The notes beneath the pieces are model-generated. The model was not told the DNA's origin and did no database searches. It was given only the letters and a program-made list of their open reading frames with translations. Positions 1-10,572 of a stretch of DNA of 64,000 nucleotides are shown piece by piece. Origin of the DNA: Bacteroidales bacterium (lineage in GTDB: Bacteria > Bacteroidota > Bacteroidia > Bacteroidales > VadinHA17); NCBI GenBank assembly GCA_050013475.1, contig JBEKFE010000006.1, forward strand, positions 30,892-94,891, given 5' to 3'. Numbering within the stretch: position 1 is the first letter of the stretch; every line of letters begins with the position of its first letter. A program made the translations under genes and the position numbers.

Positions 1-930
1 CACTTTCCCTTCTTCATCAAAAACGATTATCCCGTCGTTGCTCTGGTTGATTATCTCCCTGAATTTTGTTTCGCTTTCCAGAAGGGTTTTTTCTGATTCT
101 ATTCGCTCTGTTATATTTCTGGCTAAACAGGTGCAGCCAATAATTTCATTCTTTTCATCCGTAACAGGATTGAAAAAAGTCTCGTAGTAACCTAAGTTTG
201 AATCTCCATATTTTTGAATTTGCGAAGTTGATTCGCCTTTTGTTGCAAGGTCAATATTCTCTTTTAGCCTCTTCCTGTCGGCAGATAAAGTGATACAATC
301 CAGGAAGTTCATCCCCTGTTTAACCTCCGCATTGTATGCAAACCTCATAGCTTCCTCATGGGCTTTATTGAAATATAGATAATTGTACTTCTTATCGACG
401 AAAAAAATTATAATGTCTTTCTGGCTCTCTATGCTTGATCTCAGCAGCAGTTTCGACTTTATCAGAGCATCTTCCGTCTTTTTGCGCTCCGTGATATCTA
501 TCACATTTGCAAGAAAGAATACTTTTCCGTCCTCCTGGGTAAATTGGGAGATAAACACCTGAACCGGGATCAGCTTTCCTGAACTGTGACGAAAGAGAAG
601 ATCAAATCCCTGTTTTGGAATACTATTGTCAAGAGTTTGTTTAAGGGCATTGTTTATGTTCTCCATATCCTGTTCAGACCAGTAGGTATATGGCGGATGT
701 TTTCCAAGAAGGTCACTTTCATTCAACCCGATCATCTCACAAAATGACTGATTGACATAAACCTGCTTGCCAGTGTCATCAATAACGGCAATTCCGCTTG
801 GAATTGCTTTTTCAATTGCCTTTCTGAATGCCATTTCAGTTTGCAGGGTTGCTTCGGTTTCAATGGATTGCAGATCGCTCATTTCGTGAACCAGATCTTT
901 CAACCTTGTGTCAGGGTCATTCTTATTCAT
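1..930 (-). CDS. Multi-PAS domain sensor protein (probable histidine kinase), 3' end outside window
   Basis: Manually translated open frame from ATG at 930 running off the window edge (MNKNDPDTRLK...IAVIDDTGKQVYVNQSFCEMIG...NVIDITERKKTEDAL...ARNITERIESEKTL...IIVFDEEGKV). It has repeated PAS/PAC signatures (DITERK). Absent from the ORF track because no stop codon lies in the window. Confidence 0.85.
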   Translation of the reverse strand, partial: MNKNDPDTRLKDLVHEMSDLQSIETEATLQTEMAFRKAIEKAIPSGIAVIDDTGKQVYVNQSFCEMIGLNESDLLGKHPPYTYWSEQDMENINNALKQTLDNSIPKQGFDLLFRHSSGKLIPVQVFISQFTQEDGKVFFLANVIDITERKKTEDALIKSKLLLRSSIESQKDIIIFFVDKKYNYLYFNKAHEEAMRFAYNAEVKQGMNFLDCITLSADRKRLKENIDLATKGESTSQIQKYGDSNLGYYETFFNPVTDEKNEIIGCTCLARNITERIESEKTLLESETKFREIINQSNDGIIVFDEEGKV

Positions 931-1217
931 ACCACCGTCTCGTTATGTGATAATTTATTTTAAAGGCATTTCAAAATGGACATATCAGTTATTGTTAACA
1001 AACATAAACTCGTTTTGTTCTTGCATTAGCCCCGGGTCTGGCAAGCCGGGCGAGACTTTCCTTTGCACCGATTTAAGAAGGATCAGGAACTCATCTATGG
1101 CAGGGTTGTTTAAAAGAAGCAGTATTTCACTGGCAGAGGTCAGAAATAAAACTTTACTTTTGATCAGACTTAACCAATATCAAAGCAAAAGCATTGACTG
1201 TCATTGAATTTATTTAG

Positions 1218-2438
1218 ATGGAAATAAATAGATGCAAAATAGTGGCTTTATGTCTATTACTGGTAATTATCCCATGCAGTATTATTTCAGGGCAACTTCA
1301 GGAAACCGGTGTAAAAAACAGTTCCAGGGTTTCTCAAATGGATATCAAGGATGTTTTTGAGGGTCTATTTAATAAAAAGCCGGGTAAGGATACAGTATTA
1401 TTACAGGGCAACGGTCCCTTCATTTCAGTCATTACTGCCGTAGGATATGCAATGCACACTGGTTTTACCGGCGTTATTTCAACCAACACAACGTTTTACA
1501 CTGATGATTCAAGGAAAAAACTTTCACGCATACAAATAAACGGAAATTTTTCTCAGTATCATCAGTATTGGTTTACAGGTTTAAGCAATATCTTCTTTGA
1601 GGATCACAAGATCCATCTGTTCGGGGATACACGGTATTATAAATTTCCAACTCAGACTTACGGATTGGGTCCGGTTAGTTCAATGCACGATCCTCTCCAG
1701 ATAGACTATTCATATTTGCGGTTTTACCAGGTATTATTTCGTGAAGTTGCCTCAAATCTTTTTGCCGGCATAGGATACAATCTTGACTACCACTGGAATA
1801 TTGAAGTTGACACCATAAAAGGAATCAAGATGGATCAGTTTTTAAAGTATCAGACCGGGAGTCAGTCGGTATCCTCCGGTATATCTTTGAATCTCCTATA
1901 TGATAACAGGAAGAATTCTGTAAACCCTCGTAATGGTACATATGTTAATTTGCAGTTCAGGCCAAATATGACCTTTCTCAGTAGCAACCAGAACTGGCAA
2001 TCCATGCTTATCGAGATAAGGCATTATTTCAGGTTACCCTCTTCTTCCTCCAACGTACTTGCTTTATGGAGCTATAATGATATCACCTTATCGGGCAACC
2101 CTCCTTATCTTGACTTGCCCAGTACTGGCTGGGATGACTATTCGAATACAGGCAGGGGATATGCACCAGGGAGATACACGGGCAGAGTATTGATCTACTT
2201 TGAATCAGAATATAGATTTTCACTCACCGGAAATGGTCTTTTAGGAGCCGTGGTATTCAGTAATCTGGAATCGATTCCTGGAAAGACACCTGATGAATTG
2301 ACCCCTTTGATCCCGGGAGGAGGGTTTGGTCTGAGAATAAAGATGAATAAACGCTCTAATATTAATCTGTGTATCGATTATGGATTTGGGATCGAAGGAT
2401 CAAGGGGTTTTATTTTCAATATGGGCGAGGTCTTTTAA
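1218..2438 (+). CDS. BamA/TamA (Omp85)-family outer-membrane beta-barrel protein lacking evident POTRA domains
   Basis: Signal peptide; YDNRKNSVNPRNG, GRGY..GRY and GFGLR motifs; terminal GEVF beta-signal. Confidence 0.8.
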   Translation: MEINRCKIVALCLLLVIIPCSIISGQLQETGVKNSSRVSQMDIKDVFEGLFNKKPGKDTVLLQGNGPFISVITAVGYAMHTGFTGVISTNTTFYTDDSRKKLSRIQINGNFSQYHQYWFTGLSNIFFEDHKIHLFGDTRYYKFPTQTYGLGPVSSMHDPLQIDYSYLRFYQVLFREVASNLFAGIGYNLDYHWNIEVDTIKGIKMDQFLKYQTGSQSVSSGISLNLLYDNRKNSVNPRNGTYVNLQFRPNMTFLSSNQNWQSMLIEIRHYFRLPSSSSNVLALWSYNDITLSGNPPYLDLPSTGWDDYSNTGRGYAPGRYTGRVLIYFESEYRFSLTGNGLLGAVVFSNLESIPGKTPDELTPLIPGGGFGLRIKMNKRSNINLCIDYGFGIEGSRGFIFNMGEVF

Positions 2439-2445
2439 TTTAAAA

Positions 2446-2485
2446 TGCCCTCCTTCGTCCAGATAAACCTGGACTTCGGAGGGCA
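2446..2485. terminator. Palindromic hairpin (REP-like) between convergent Omp85 gene and tRNA-Pro; probable bidirectional terminator
   Basis: TGCCCTCC-TTCG-TCCAG-ataaac-CTGGA-CTTC-GGAGGGCA. Confidence 0.55.
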
Positions 2486-2488
2486 GTG

Positions 2489-2561
<73 letters not shown>

Positions 2562-2589
2562 GTTAACATTCCGCGCTTAAGGAGAGGCG

Positions 2590-2620
2590 CAAAAATAACG
2601 CTTTTTCATTACGCTGCAAA
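2590..2620 (-). promoter_or_regulatory. Bacteroidota housekeeping-sigma promoter of tRNA-Pro
   Basis: TTTG (2620-2617) - 19 nt - TATTTTTG (2597-2590), matching the -33/-7 TTTG/TAnnTTTG consensus. Confidence 0.7.
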
Positions 2621-2711
2621 AAAAGCATCATTTTAAAATCAGGATAAGCAAGTGATTACAAATTTTATTTATTTTATATTGTAAAAACATTTAACTGAAC
2701 ACAATTTAATT

Positions 2712-5612
2712 ATGAAGACGGTTATAAAGTTTTCAATCATTTTAACATGGTTGGTGCTTTTCCGGTTAATGTCGGGTTATTCACAGGAAAAACGTTACGG
2801 TTTGCCAGGCATCAGGAATTATCCCCGATCCGAATATAACGGAGGAACGCAGAACTGGTCAGTCGGTCAGGCCGAGAATGGTAAAATGTACTTCAGTAAT
2901 AACGACGGTTTACTAGAGTTTGACGGGGTCCATTGGGAGTTGTACAGAGAGATGGGAATATTGAACCGTTCCCTGTGCATCGATGGCAAACGTATTTACG
3001 TAGGGGCAAATAACAAAATCGGATATTACGAGGAAAACAAAGAAGGGAGACTTAAGTATTATCCGCTGAATGCCTTGCTTCAGTCCCGGATTTACGATTT
3101 CGAAGATATTTGGCGTATTTATAAAACCAGTTTTGGCATTGTTTTCCAGTCATTTAAAGCTATATTCATTTATAAAGACAACAAAATTGACATTATTTAC
3201 CCCAGATCAAAATTTCATTTATCATACTATGTAAATGGTATACTTTGGGTTAATGACGAAAAGGAGGGACTTATGCAATACCGCGAAGGTAAGGTTCACC
3301 AGATCCCGGGGGGTGAATTATTCAGCGGTACAGAAATATGGACCATACTTCCTTTGAATGATGACCAGATAATTATTGGGACCGCCAATAAAGGATTGTT
3401 CAGGTACGACTCACATGGAATCACCAGGTGGGAGAAGCCTGTTAATGAACTTTTGAAAAAATACCAGATTTTTTCAGGAGCCCTGATCAGCCCGGGGTAT
3501 CTTGCCTTCGGAACCATTCAGAACGGATTGATCATATCTGATACCACAGGGAGGGTAATGTTCGAGATCGATAAGGAACGAGGCATCCTGAATAACACGG
3601 TCCTTTCCATCGGTTCCGACCGTGAGGGGGATTTGTGGCTTGGGCTCGACAATGGAATATCTGTAGTTCATTTTAATTCTCCCGTAACCTATATTCAGGA
3701 TTATTTTGATATCGGATCAGGCTATACTTCGGTCAGGTATGGTGAATATCTTTACCTGGGGACAAACCAGGGATTGTTTTATATTAAATGGAGCGATTTC
3801 CTAAACCCCCTTAAAGAGAAGGAGGACTTTCACCTGATAAATGGCACCGAAGGTCAGGTCTGGAGCTTATCTCTGATTGACAATGACTTGCTTTGCGGAC
3901 ATAATTTTGGCATATTTCAGATCAGAGGCAGCAAGGCAATCCGTATCTCATCTATTCCGGGTTGCTGGAATTTCCGTACACTTACCCGGAAAAAATCCTT
4001 TTTAATGGTTGGCCACTATTCAGGTCTTTCATTGTTTGAGAAGAAAGGAAATTTATGGTGCTACCGGAATGATCTGCAGGGATTCAGCCAATCATCCCGC
4101 TATTTCGAGGAAGACAGCCAGGGAGATATCTGGGTAAGTCACGATTACAAAGGGATTTACAGATTACAGCCGGACTCATCGTGGAAAGAAGTAAAGAAGG
4201 TGATTTTATATGACAGCAGCCAGGGACTTCCGCCGATGATGAATAACAGGATATTCAAATTGAAAAGTGACCTGGTAGCAGTGACTAGAAACGGGATTTA
4301 CCAGTTCGATGAAAAAAACGATCATTTTGTTAAGGACACATTATTTACCAGACTTCTCTCCGGATATACACAGTTCGATTATATTAACCAGGATCAATGG
4401 AACAACATCTGGTATTTTAATAACAGGCAGCCGGGTGTTCTTATGAATTCGGAGGATGGAAGCCTTAAGAACATTACTGATCCGTTCTTTGAACTGAGGG
4501 GAAAGATTATTCCGGCATTCGGACATATAAATATAATCGACAGGGATAATGTTCTGATAGGCATAGAGGGAGGTTTTGCTCATTATACATCCCTTTACAG
4601 GAAAAATAATGCTGTCAATTTAGTTCTTTATATCAGCTCACTGAAGAGCCGGGATTCTACGGAAGGTATTTACAGGTTTGATAATACCGGGGACAAGCAG
4701 GAGATAGTACCCGGCTTCAGGTTTAAGAATAATACAATTTCCATTGCTTTTGCTTCCGACAATTATGAAGCACATGAAACCTACTTTCAGTACAAGCTGG
4801 AAAATTTTGATGAGAAGTGGTCAGATTGGAGTACACGTAGTTTTAAAGAATATACCAATCTTCATGAAGGAAGGTACACCTTCATGCTTCAGGCAAAATG
4901 CAACGGACAGGAGCCTTGTTCAACCCTGTATCTGACATTCAGGATTTTGCCCCCATGGTACCGTTCCACTGTCGCCTGGATAGCCTACTCGGTGTTGTCA
5001 ATTCTGATCTTTTTTGCAATTCAAATATTTGTCAGAAGAAGCATAAGAAGACTCCGGCAAAAAGAAAAGGAGGCCCATCTGCGGGAGTACCTGGAGAGGG
5101 AGCAGAAACTGAAAGAAGAAGCCCTGGTTGCAGAGAAGGAGATGATCAGGCTGCGCAATGAGAAGCTTAATCTTGAAATGATCCACAAGGAAAAGGAACT
5201 GGCGAATAATACTATGCTCCTGATAAGGAAGAATAATTTATTGAATAAACTAAAGGCCGACCTGAACGGGATAATGAGATCACAGGGTAAGGACGAGCCG
5301 AAATTGAATTTTGCAGCAGTGATCAGACAAATCGAGAAGGATATGGATAATGAAAAGCAATGGCAGGTTTTCAATTCACATATCGAGCAGGTTTACGAGG
5401 AATTGCTTTATAAACTCAAAGAAAATTATCCTGATCTCACACCTCGTGAACTCAAGCTGTGTGCTTTCCTGAGGATGAATATATCAAGCAAGGAGATATC
5501 CTCGCTGATGAACATTAGTCCAAGAGGAGTTGAAATAAGCCGGTACCGGATTCGTAAGAAGCTTAAGCTTGACAGGTACGCCAACCTTACAGAATTTATC
5601 CTTAATCTGTGA
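2712..5612 (+). CDS. Membrane-spanning PUL regulator: periplasmic beta-propeller + Y_Y_Y domain, TM helix, coiled coil, C-terminal LuxR-type HTH
   Basis: Reg_prop-like repeats (LWLGLDNG), FQYKLENFDEKWSDW..KEYTNLHEGRYTF, ILPPWYRS + TM helix, C-terminal LTPRELKLCAFLRMNISSKEI..GVEISRYRIRKKL; directly upstream of susC. Confidence 0.88.
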   Translation: MKTVIKFSIILTWLVLFRLMSGYSQEKRYGLPGIRNYPRSEYNGGTQNWSVGQAENGKMYFSNNDGLLEFDGVHWELYREMGILNRSLCIDGKRIYVGANNKIGYYEENKEGRLKYYPLNALLQSRIYDFEDIWRIYKTSFGIVFQSFKAIFIYKDNKIDIIYPRSKFHLSYYVNGILWVNDEKEGLMQYREGKVHQIPGGELFSGTEIWTILPLNDDQIIIGTANKGLFRYDSHGITRWEKPVNELLKKYQIFSGALISPGYLAFGTIQNGLIISDTTGRVMFEIDKERGILNNTVLSIGSDREGDLWLGLDNGISVVHFNSPVTYIQDYFDIGSGYTSVRYGEYLYLGTNQGLFYIKWSDFLNPLKEKEDFHLINGTEGQVWSLSLIDNDLLCGHNFGIFQIRGSKAIRISSIPGCWNFRTLTRKKSFLMVGHYSGLSLFEKKGNLWCYRNDLQGFSQSSRYFEEDSQGDIWVSHDYKGIYRLQPDSSWKEVKKVILYDSSQGLPPMMNNRIFKLKSDLVAVTRNGIYQFDEKNDHFVKDTLFTRLLSGYTQFDYINQDQWNNIWYFNNRQPGVLMNSEDGSLKNITDPFFELRGKIIPAFGHINIIDRDNVLIGIEGGFAHYTSLYRKNNAVNLVLYISSLKSRDSTEGIYRFDNTGDKQEIVPGFRFKNNTISIAFASDNYEAHETYFQYKLENFDEKWSDWSTRSFKEYTNLHEGRYTFMLQAKCNGQEPCSTLYLTFRILPPWYRSTVAWIAYSVLSILIFFAIQIFVRRSIRRLRQKEKEAHLREYLEREQKLKEEALVAEKEMIRLRNEKLNLEMIHKEKELANNTMLLIRKNNLLNKLKADLNGIMRSQGKDEPKLNFAAVIRQIEKDMDNEKQWQVFNSHIEQVYEELLYKLKENYPDLTPRELKLCAFLRMNISSKEISSLMNISPRGVEISRYRIRKKLKLDRYANLTEFILNL

Positions 5613-5741
5613 AGTGTAGTAATATAATGAATCAGTATTGTATCCTGTCTTTGTGATGAAAATATTTTTTTTTCACTGATGCAGAATTTAAGAGGGTACT
5701 CTCAGCTACAGGTTTTGTGAATTAAATAGTTAAATAGAGAT

Positions 5742-5815
5742 TGATGTAATAATGATGTACCAAAAGAACCTCATTTGATGTATTATCCGGCCCGAAAGAA
5801 TAAATTATAATTTTG
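5742..5815 (+). promoter_or_regulatory. PUL promoter with phased TGATGTA direct repeats (candidate activator sites) and -7 element
   Basis: TGATGTA at 5742, 5753 and 5776; TAATTTTG at 5808-5815. Confidence 0.55.
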
Positions 5816-5881
5816 AAATATGACAATAATGTAATAATTTTATTTTCACTAAACATGTACTCAACCTAAAACTAAATCATT

Positions 5882-8800
5882 ATGAAAAGAAACCTACTAT
5901 TATGCGTATTTTTTGTGTTCCTTTCTGGCTGGACATTTTCCCAGCAGATAGCTGTAAAGGGCACAGTAAGATCCGCTGCAGACAACAAACCGCTGCCGGG
6001 GGCTACAGTAGTAGTCAAAGGCACATCCACCGGTACTCTGACCGATGCTGATGGGAAATTTACAATTAATGCCAAACCTGATCAGATGCTTGTGTTTTCA
6101 TTCATTGGTATGGAATCACAGGAAGTGACGGTAACAGCTGCTACCAAGACAGTAGACATCGTCCTGGCGGAACTGACCGCAAAGATTGAGGAGGTAGTGG
6201 TTGTAGGATACGGAACTCAGAAAAAGAGCAATGTTACCGGGGCTATTTCAAGTGTAAAAGCTGCGGATATCCTCGACATGCCGACACCCAGGATTGAGGA
6301 CGCCTTAAAAGGAAGAACCTCCGGGGTTACGATCGCTTCAAGTTCTGGTGTTCCCGGTGCGGATGCTACAGTAAACATCCGTGGCGTAACATCCATCAAC
6401 TCAGCATCTCCATTGTATGTTGTTGACGGTGTTCCTGTAGATGTTGGGGGCATTGACTACCTGAACCAGGGGGATATTGAGTCAATAGAAATTTTGAAAG
6501 ATGCCGCTTCCGCAGCTATTTATGGTACGCAGGCTGCGGCCGGTGTGATCCTTATTACAACCAAAAAAGGTCAGTCCGGCGCAATGCAGGTGAACTACAG
6601 CGGGTACATGGGAACCCAGTCTCCTGAGCACAAGCTGGACCTGCTGAATGCTACCGAATATGCTACCATCAGGAACGAGGCACTGGTCGCTGCCGGTAAA
6701 CCTATCCTGTTCCCCAACCCTTCATCACTGGGTGCTGGTACCGACTGGCAGGGGGTTATCTTCAATGACAATGCCAAGATCCAGAATCACGAATTAAGCA
6801 TCAGCGGAGGGTCGGAAAAATCGACTTATTTCGCCTCGGTAGGCTATTTTGACCAGGATGGTATTGTTGCAACAGCTATTTCATCTTATCAGAGGCTGAC
6901 GGCCAGGCTGAATTCAGCCCATAAGATAACTAAATGGCTGAATTTCGGCAATAATGTTTCCTATTCTTATATCAAGAATAAGCAGGGATTCAGTGCAAAC
7001 GATTATTTTGGAGGTGTTCTTGCCTCAGCTGTCAACCTTGACCCTGTTACGCCTCTGACCATGTCAGATCTGAATCCTACCACTGAACCTTATGCTTCAC
7101 ATCTGACCACCATAGTCAGGGATGCCAACGGATATCCTTATGGCATTTCACCTTATGTGGGGCAGGAAATGACCAACCCGGCAGCTTATATCAAGACCCA
7201 GGATGGTAACTTCAGCTGGAGCGATAATCTAGTAGGAAATATGTACGTGGAAATTATGCCAATTAAAGGGTTGCAGCTAAGGTCGAGCATTGGCGTCAAG
7301 CTGGCTTTCTGGGGATCTGATTCTTTCACACCGCTCTATTTCCTGAGTAACACAAATTCCAACCTGACAATAAATGGATTCACGAGACAGTTCAATGAGT
7401 CTTTTAGCTATACCTTTACCAATACGGCATCATATACACGATCCATTAAAGACCATAACTTTACAGTCCTCATTGGTACTGAAGCCAGGGATCTGAGCAA
7501 TGGTTTCGGAAACGGTGCGACCATCCATGGCATACCGGCATTGACCTTTGAAACTGCATCCATGAACTATAATGTTCCTGTCAATCAGACTGCAGGATGG
7601 GGCTATGAAAACCAGCCCTACACTTTGTCTTCGCTCTTTGGACGTATTAACTACGATTACAAGGGCAAATACATGTTGACAGGGATCATACGCCGTGACG
7701 GCTCCTCACACTTTGGAAGCAATAATGTATATGGTATCTTCCCATCCGTCTCTGTTGGATGGGTCGCTTCGCAGGAAAGTTTCTGGAAGACCAACGATTA
7801 TGTAAATTATTTAAAAGTGAGGGCAGGCTACGGAGTAAATGGTAACGACAACCTTTCACCGTTCCTTTATACATCAACTATAGGATCAATAGGCGGATAT
7901 ACATTCGGCAATGACGTAAATTACGTCGGATATGGCCCTACAGCCCCCGCCAATCCTGATCTGAAATGGGAACAGACAAGCCAGCTTAACATTGGCATTG
8001 ATGCTAAAATATTGAAGAACTTCAGCCTGACAGTTGAAGTTTATAAAAAGACCACCACAGGCATGCTGATGCAGGTTGTTATCCCTGAATATGTGGGCGC
8101 TTCTGCTCAGCCTTGGGGAAATATCGCTTCTATGTGGGACAAGGGGTTGGAATTTGAACTTGGATTTAACCATAAGATCGGCGATCTTACAGTAAATGTC
8201 AAGGGAAACGCCTCCTTTACCAAAAACCAGGTTACAGATATTGGTTCGAACGAATACCTGGTTAATGCCACAATGCAGTCAAGCGCCTACGAGGTTAGCC
8301 GCAAGGTTGTGGGCGAGCCTGTGAATGAGTTTTACGGTTTCCACTACCTGGGTGTCTTCCAGACTCAGGCTGAAATAAATGCTTATGTGGATAAGAACGG
8401 AGACATGATCCAGCCAAATGCCAAGCCTGGTGACTACAAATGGGAAGATGTAAATGGTGACGGGATAATAAACAGCAGTGACAGGACCTGGTTAGGCAAT
8501 CCCAACCCGACCTTTACTTATGGATTTACCCTTAACCTGGCTTACAAAGGATTCGACCTGGTCGCTTTTGGCCAGGGAGTAGCAGGGAATAAGATCTTTA
8601 ACGAGCTGCGCAGGCTTGATATCGGTGCAGCTAACTACATGAACGATGCTTTAGGCCGCTGGACAGGCCCGGGGACTTCCAATACATATGCCCGGATAGT
8701 TGACGGAGATCCTGCAAATAATTTCGCCGTTCCAAGTCAGTTCTACCTGCAGAATGGCGCATATTTCAGGCTCAAGACCGTGCAGCTGGGATACACCATT

Positions 8801-8992
8801 CCCAAAAAGCTCCTGGAACAGATCAAATTTGCAAAGATCCGCGTGTACGTTAGCGTCAACAACCTGTTTACCCTGACACAATATGAAGGATATGATCCGG
8901 AAATCGGGGGCGGACAAGGTATATATGGCATTGACAGGGGCGTTTATCCCCAGGCCCGTTCGTTTATGGGAGGATTAGATTTTACTTTTTAG
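5882..8992 (+). CDS. susC: SusC/RagA TonB-dependent transporter
   Basis: CarboxypepD-like N-terminus, VVVGYGTQKK, plug motif DIESIEILKDAASAAIYG, NPDLKWE, C-terminal YPQARSFMGGLDFTF. Confidence 0.97.
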   Translation: MKRNLLLCVFFVFLSGWTFSQQIAVKGTVRSAADNKPLPGATVVVKGTSTGTLTDADGKFTINAKPDQMLVFSFIGMESQEVTVTAATKTVDIVLAELTAKIEEVVVVGYGTQKKSNVTGAISSVKAADILDMPTPRIEDALKGRTSGVTIASSSGVPGADATVNIRGVTSINSASPLYVVDGVPVDVGGIDYLNQGDIESIEILKDAASAAIYGTQAAAGVILITTKKGQSGAMQVNYSGYMGTQSPEHKLDLLNATEYATIRNEALVAAGKPILFPNPSSLGAGTDWQGVIFNDNAKIQNHELSISGGSEKSTYFASVGYFDQDGIVATAISSYQRLTARLNSAHKITKWLNFGNNVSYSYIKNKQGFSANDYFGGVLASAVNLDPVTPLTMSDLNPTTEPYASHLTTIVRDANGYPYGISPYVGQEMTNPAAYIKTQDGNFSWSDNLVGNMYVEIMPIKGLQLRSSIGVKLAFWGSDSFTPLYFLSNTNSNLTINGFTRQFNESFSYTFTNTASYTRSIKDHNFTVLIGTEARDLSNGFGNGATIHGIPALTFETASMNYNVPVNQTAGWGYENQPYTLSSLFGRINYDYKGKYMLTGIIRRDGSSHFGSNNVYGIFPSVSVGWVASQESFWKTNDYVNYLKVRAGYGVNGNDNLSPFLYTSTIGSIGGYTFGNDVNYVGYGPTAPANPDLKWEQTSQLNIGIDAKILKNFSLTVEVYKKTTTGMLMQVVIPEYVGASAQPWGNIASMWDKGLEFELGFNHKIGDLTVNVKGNASFTKNQVTDIGSNEYLVNATMQSSAYEVSRKVVGEPVNEFYGFHYLGVFQTQAEINAYVDKNGDMIQPNAKPGDYKWEDVNGDGIINSSDRTWLGNPNPTFTYGFTLNLAYKGFDLVAFGQGVAGNKIFNELRRLDIGAANYMNDALGRWTGPGTSNTYARIVDGDPANNFAVPSQFYLQNGAYFRLKTVQLGYTIPKKLLEQIKFAKIRVYVSVNNLFTLTQYEGYDPEIGGGQGIYGIDRGVYPQARSFMGGLDFTF

Positions 8993-9013
8993 TTACTTTT
9001 AAATTCAACGACA

Positions 9014-10534
9014 ATGAAAATAAAATTCATTCTTTATGCGATACTCCTCACGGGATTATTGTTAGGGACCTCCTGTAAAAAGAGTTTCCTGGAAGTGACA
9101 CCTAAAGGAGAGGTACTGGAATCGAACTATTATCAGACTCCAGACCAGGTATTCAGTGCACTGGTAGCGGTGTACAACTGTACTGAAGCAGAAGCCGGGT
9201 ACGGCATCAACTGGTACGCCAATAAACTTGCTCCGCTGAACTGCGCTGGTGATGAATGCTGGGCCGGTGGTGGTGGTTCAACAGATATGGCTACGTACCA
9301 GGTATGGAATAATTATACCATGACCTCTGCCAACGCTATTTCTGCAAAATTCTGGGAAATGGATTATGCCGGAGTTTACAGGGCAAACCTGTTGATCTCG
9401 AAGCTGGCCACTCCCATAACCGGGTTGAGCGATGCGGATGCGACAAGGGATATTGCGGAATGCAAAACACTCAGGGCCTATTTTTATTTCGAACTTGTAA
9501 GGCTGTTTAAGAACATTCCTCTTACTACCGAACCGATATCCACTTCCGACATGTACAATATTGTTCAGGCAGTACCTGATTCCGTATTTGCCCAGATCGA
9601 ACGGGACCTGAACGATGCCATCCCTGTTTTGCCATCCACTGTTGCATCCACAGAGAACGGGAGACTAACAAAAGGAGCAGCTGAGGCTTTGCTTGGCAAA
9701 GTGATCCTCTGGCAGAACAACACTTCCCGCATGGCAGAAGCTGCGTCGTGGCTCAATAAAGTGAACACGTCAGGGGTATATAGCCTGCTGCCCAACTACA
9801 GGGACATATTTGACCCCGCCAATAAATTCAATTCGGAATCCATTTGGGAGATCGACCACAGCGGTTCAACACAGGCCCAGTGGGGTCCCAGTGATTTCAG
9901 GGGCGATGTTTATTGCATTATGGTCGGACCGAGAAGTTATAGCACAGGTGGTGGTAGTCCGGATGCCGATCATACATATTATTCTGGCTGGTCCTTTAAT
10001 CCTATCATCCCGGCTTTTGCTGCAAAAATTCACAATGACCCGCGTTATAGGTGGACAGTTGCCGACCTTGACAGCTTAAAGGCAATAGGTCAGGCCGCTT
10101 ATCTGCCCGGCTATGCCAATACAGGATTATTCATTCAAAAGTATGCCCCGCTCAGGAAATGGCTGGCACCGGTAGGTGCTGATGCATTGAACTTTCCCAA
10201 TGATGTTATCGAGATCCGCCTGGCCGATACCTACCTGATGGAGGCAGAAGCGCTGGTCCGCGGAAGCGGGGATCTTGTCCGTGCCCAGGCACTGCTTGAT
10301 GCAGTTCGTGCCCGTGTAGGACTGGCTTCAGTAACAGTCTCGCTCGACAATATTTATAACGAACGTATGCTTGAGCTGGCAACCGAAGGACACCGCTGGT
10401 TCGACCTGATCCGCACCGGTCAGGCAGCCAGTGTACTGGCATTTAAAGGATTTGTGGCCGGGAAGAGCGAATTATTGCCCATACCCCTTGAGGAGCTGAA
10501 TAATACCAAGCTGGTTCAAAATCCGGGTTATTAA
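9014..10534 (+). CDS. susD: SusD/RagB glycan-binding lipoprotein
   Basis: Lipobox (GTSC), LRAYFYFELVRLF, IRLADTYLMEAEA, ERMLELATEGHRWFDLIR, QNPGY terminus. Confidence 0.96.
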   Translation: MKIKFILYAILLTGLLLGTSCKKSFLEVTPKGEVLESNYYQTPDQVFSALVAVYNCTEAEAGYGINWYANKLAPLNCAGDECWAGGGGSTDMATYQVWNNYTMTSANAISAKFWEMDYAGVYRANLLISKLATPITGLSDADATRDIAECKTLRAYFYFELVRLFKNIPLTTEPISTSDMYNIVQAVPDSVFAQIERDLNDAIPVLPSTVASTENGRLTKGAAEALLGKVILWQNNTSRMAEAASWLNKVNTSGVYSLLPNYRDIFDPANKFNSESIWEIDHSGSTQAQWGPSDFRGDVYCIMVGPRSYSTGGGSPDADHTYYSGWSFNPIIPAFAAKIHNDPRYRWTVADLDSLKAIGQAAYLPGYANTGLFIQKYAPLRKWLAPVGADALNFPNDVIEIRLADTYLMEAEALVRGSGDLVRAQALLDAVRARVGLASVTVSLDNIYNERMLELATEGHRWFDLIRTGQAASVLAFKGFVAGKSELLPIPLEELNNTKLVQNPGY

Positions 10535-10572
10535 TGATTAGACAGGTGATTTAAAGCTTAAAACGTATTATT

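Noticed and set aside
908-1207. 99-aa ORF (and an interrupted antisense frame) in the PAS/Omp85 intergenic region
   Set aside because: Overlaps the PAS gene start, has no recognisable motif, and the antisense frame has an early stop; no support for coding.
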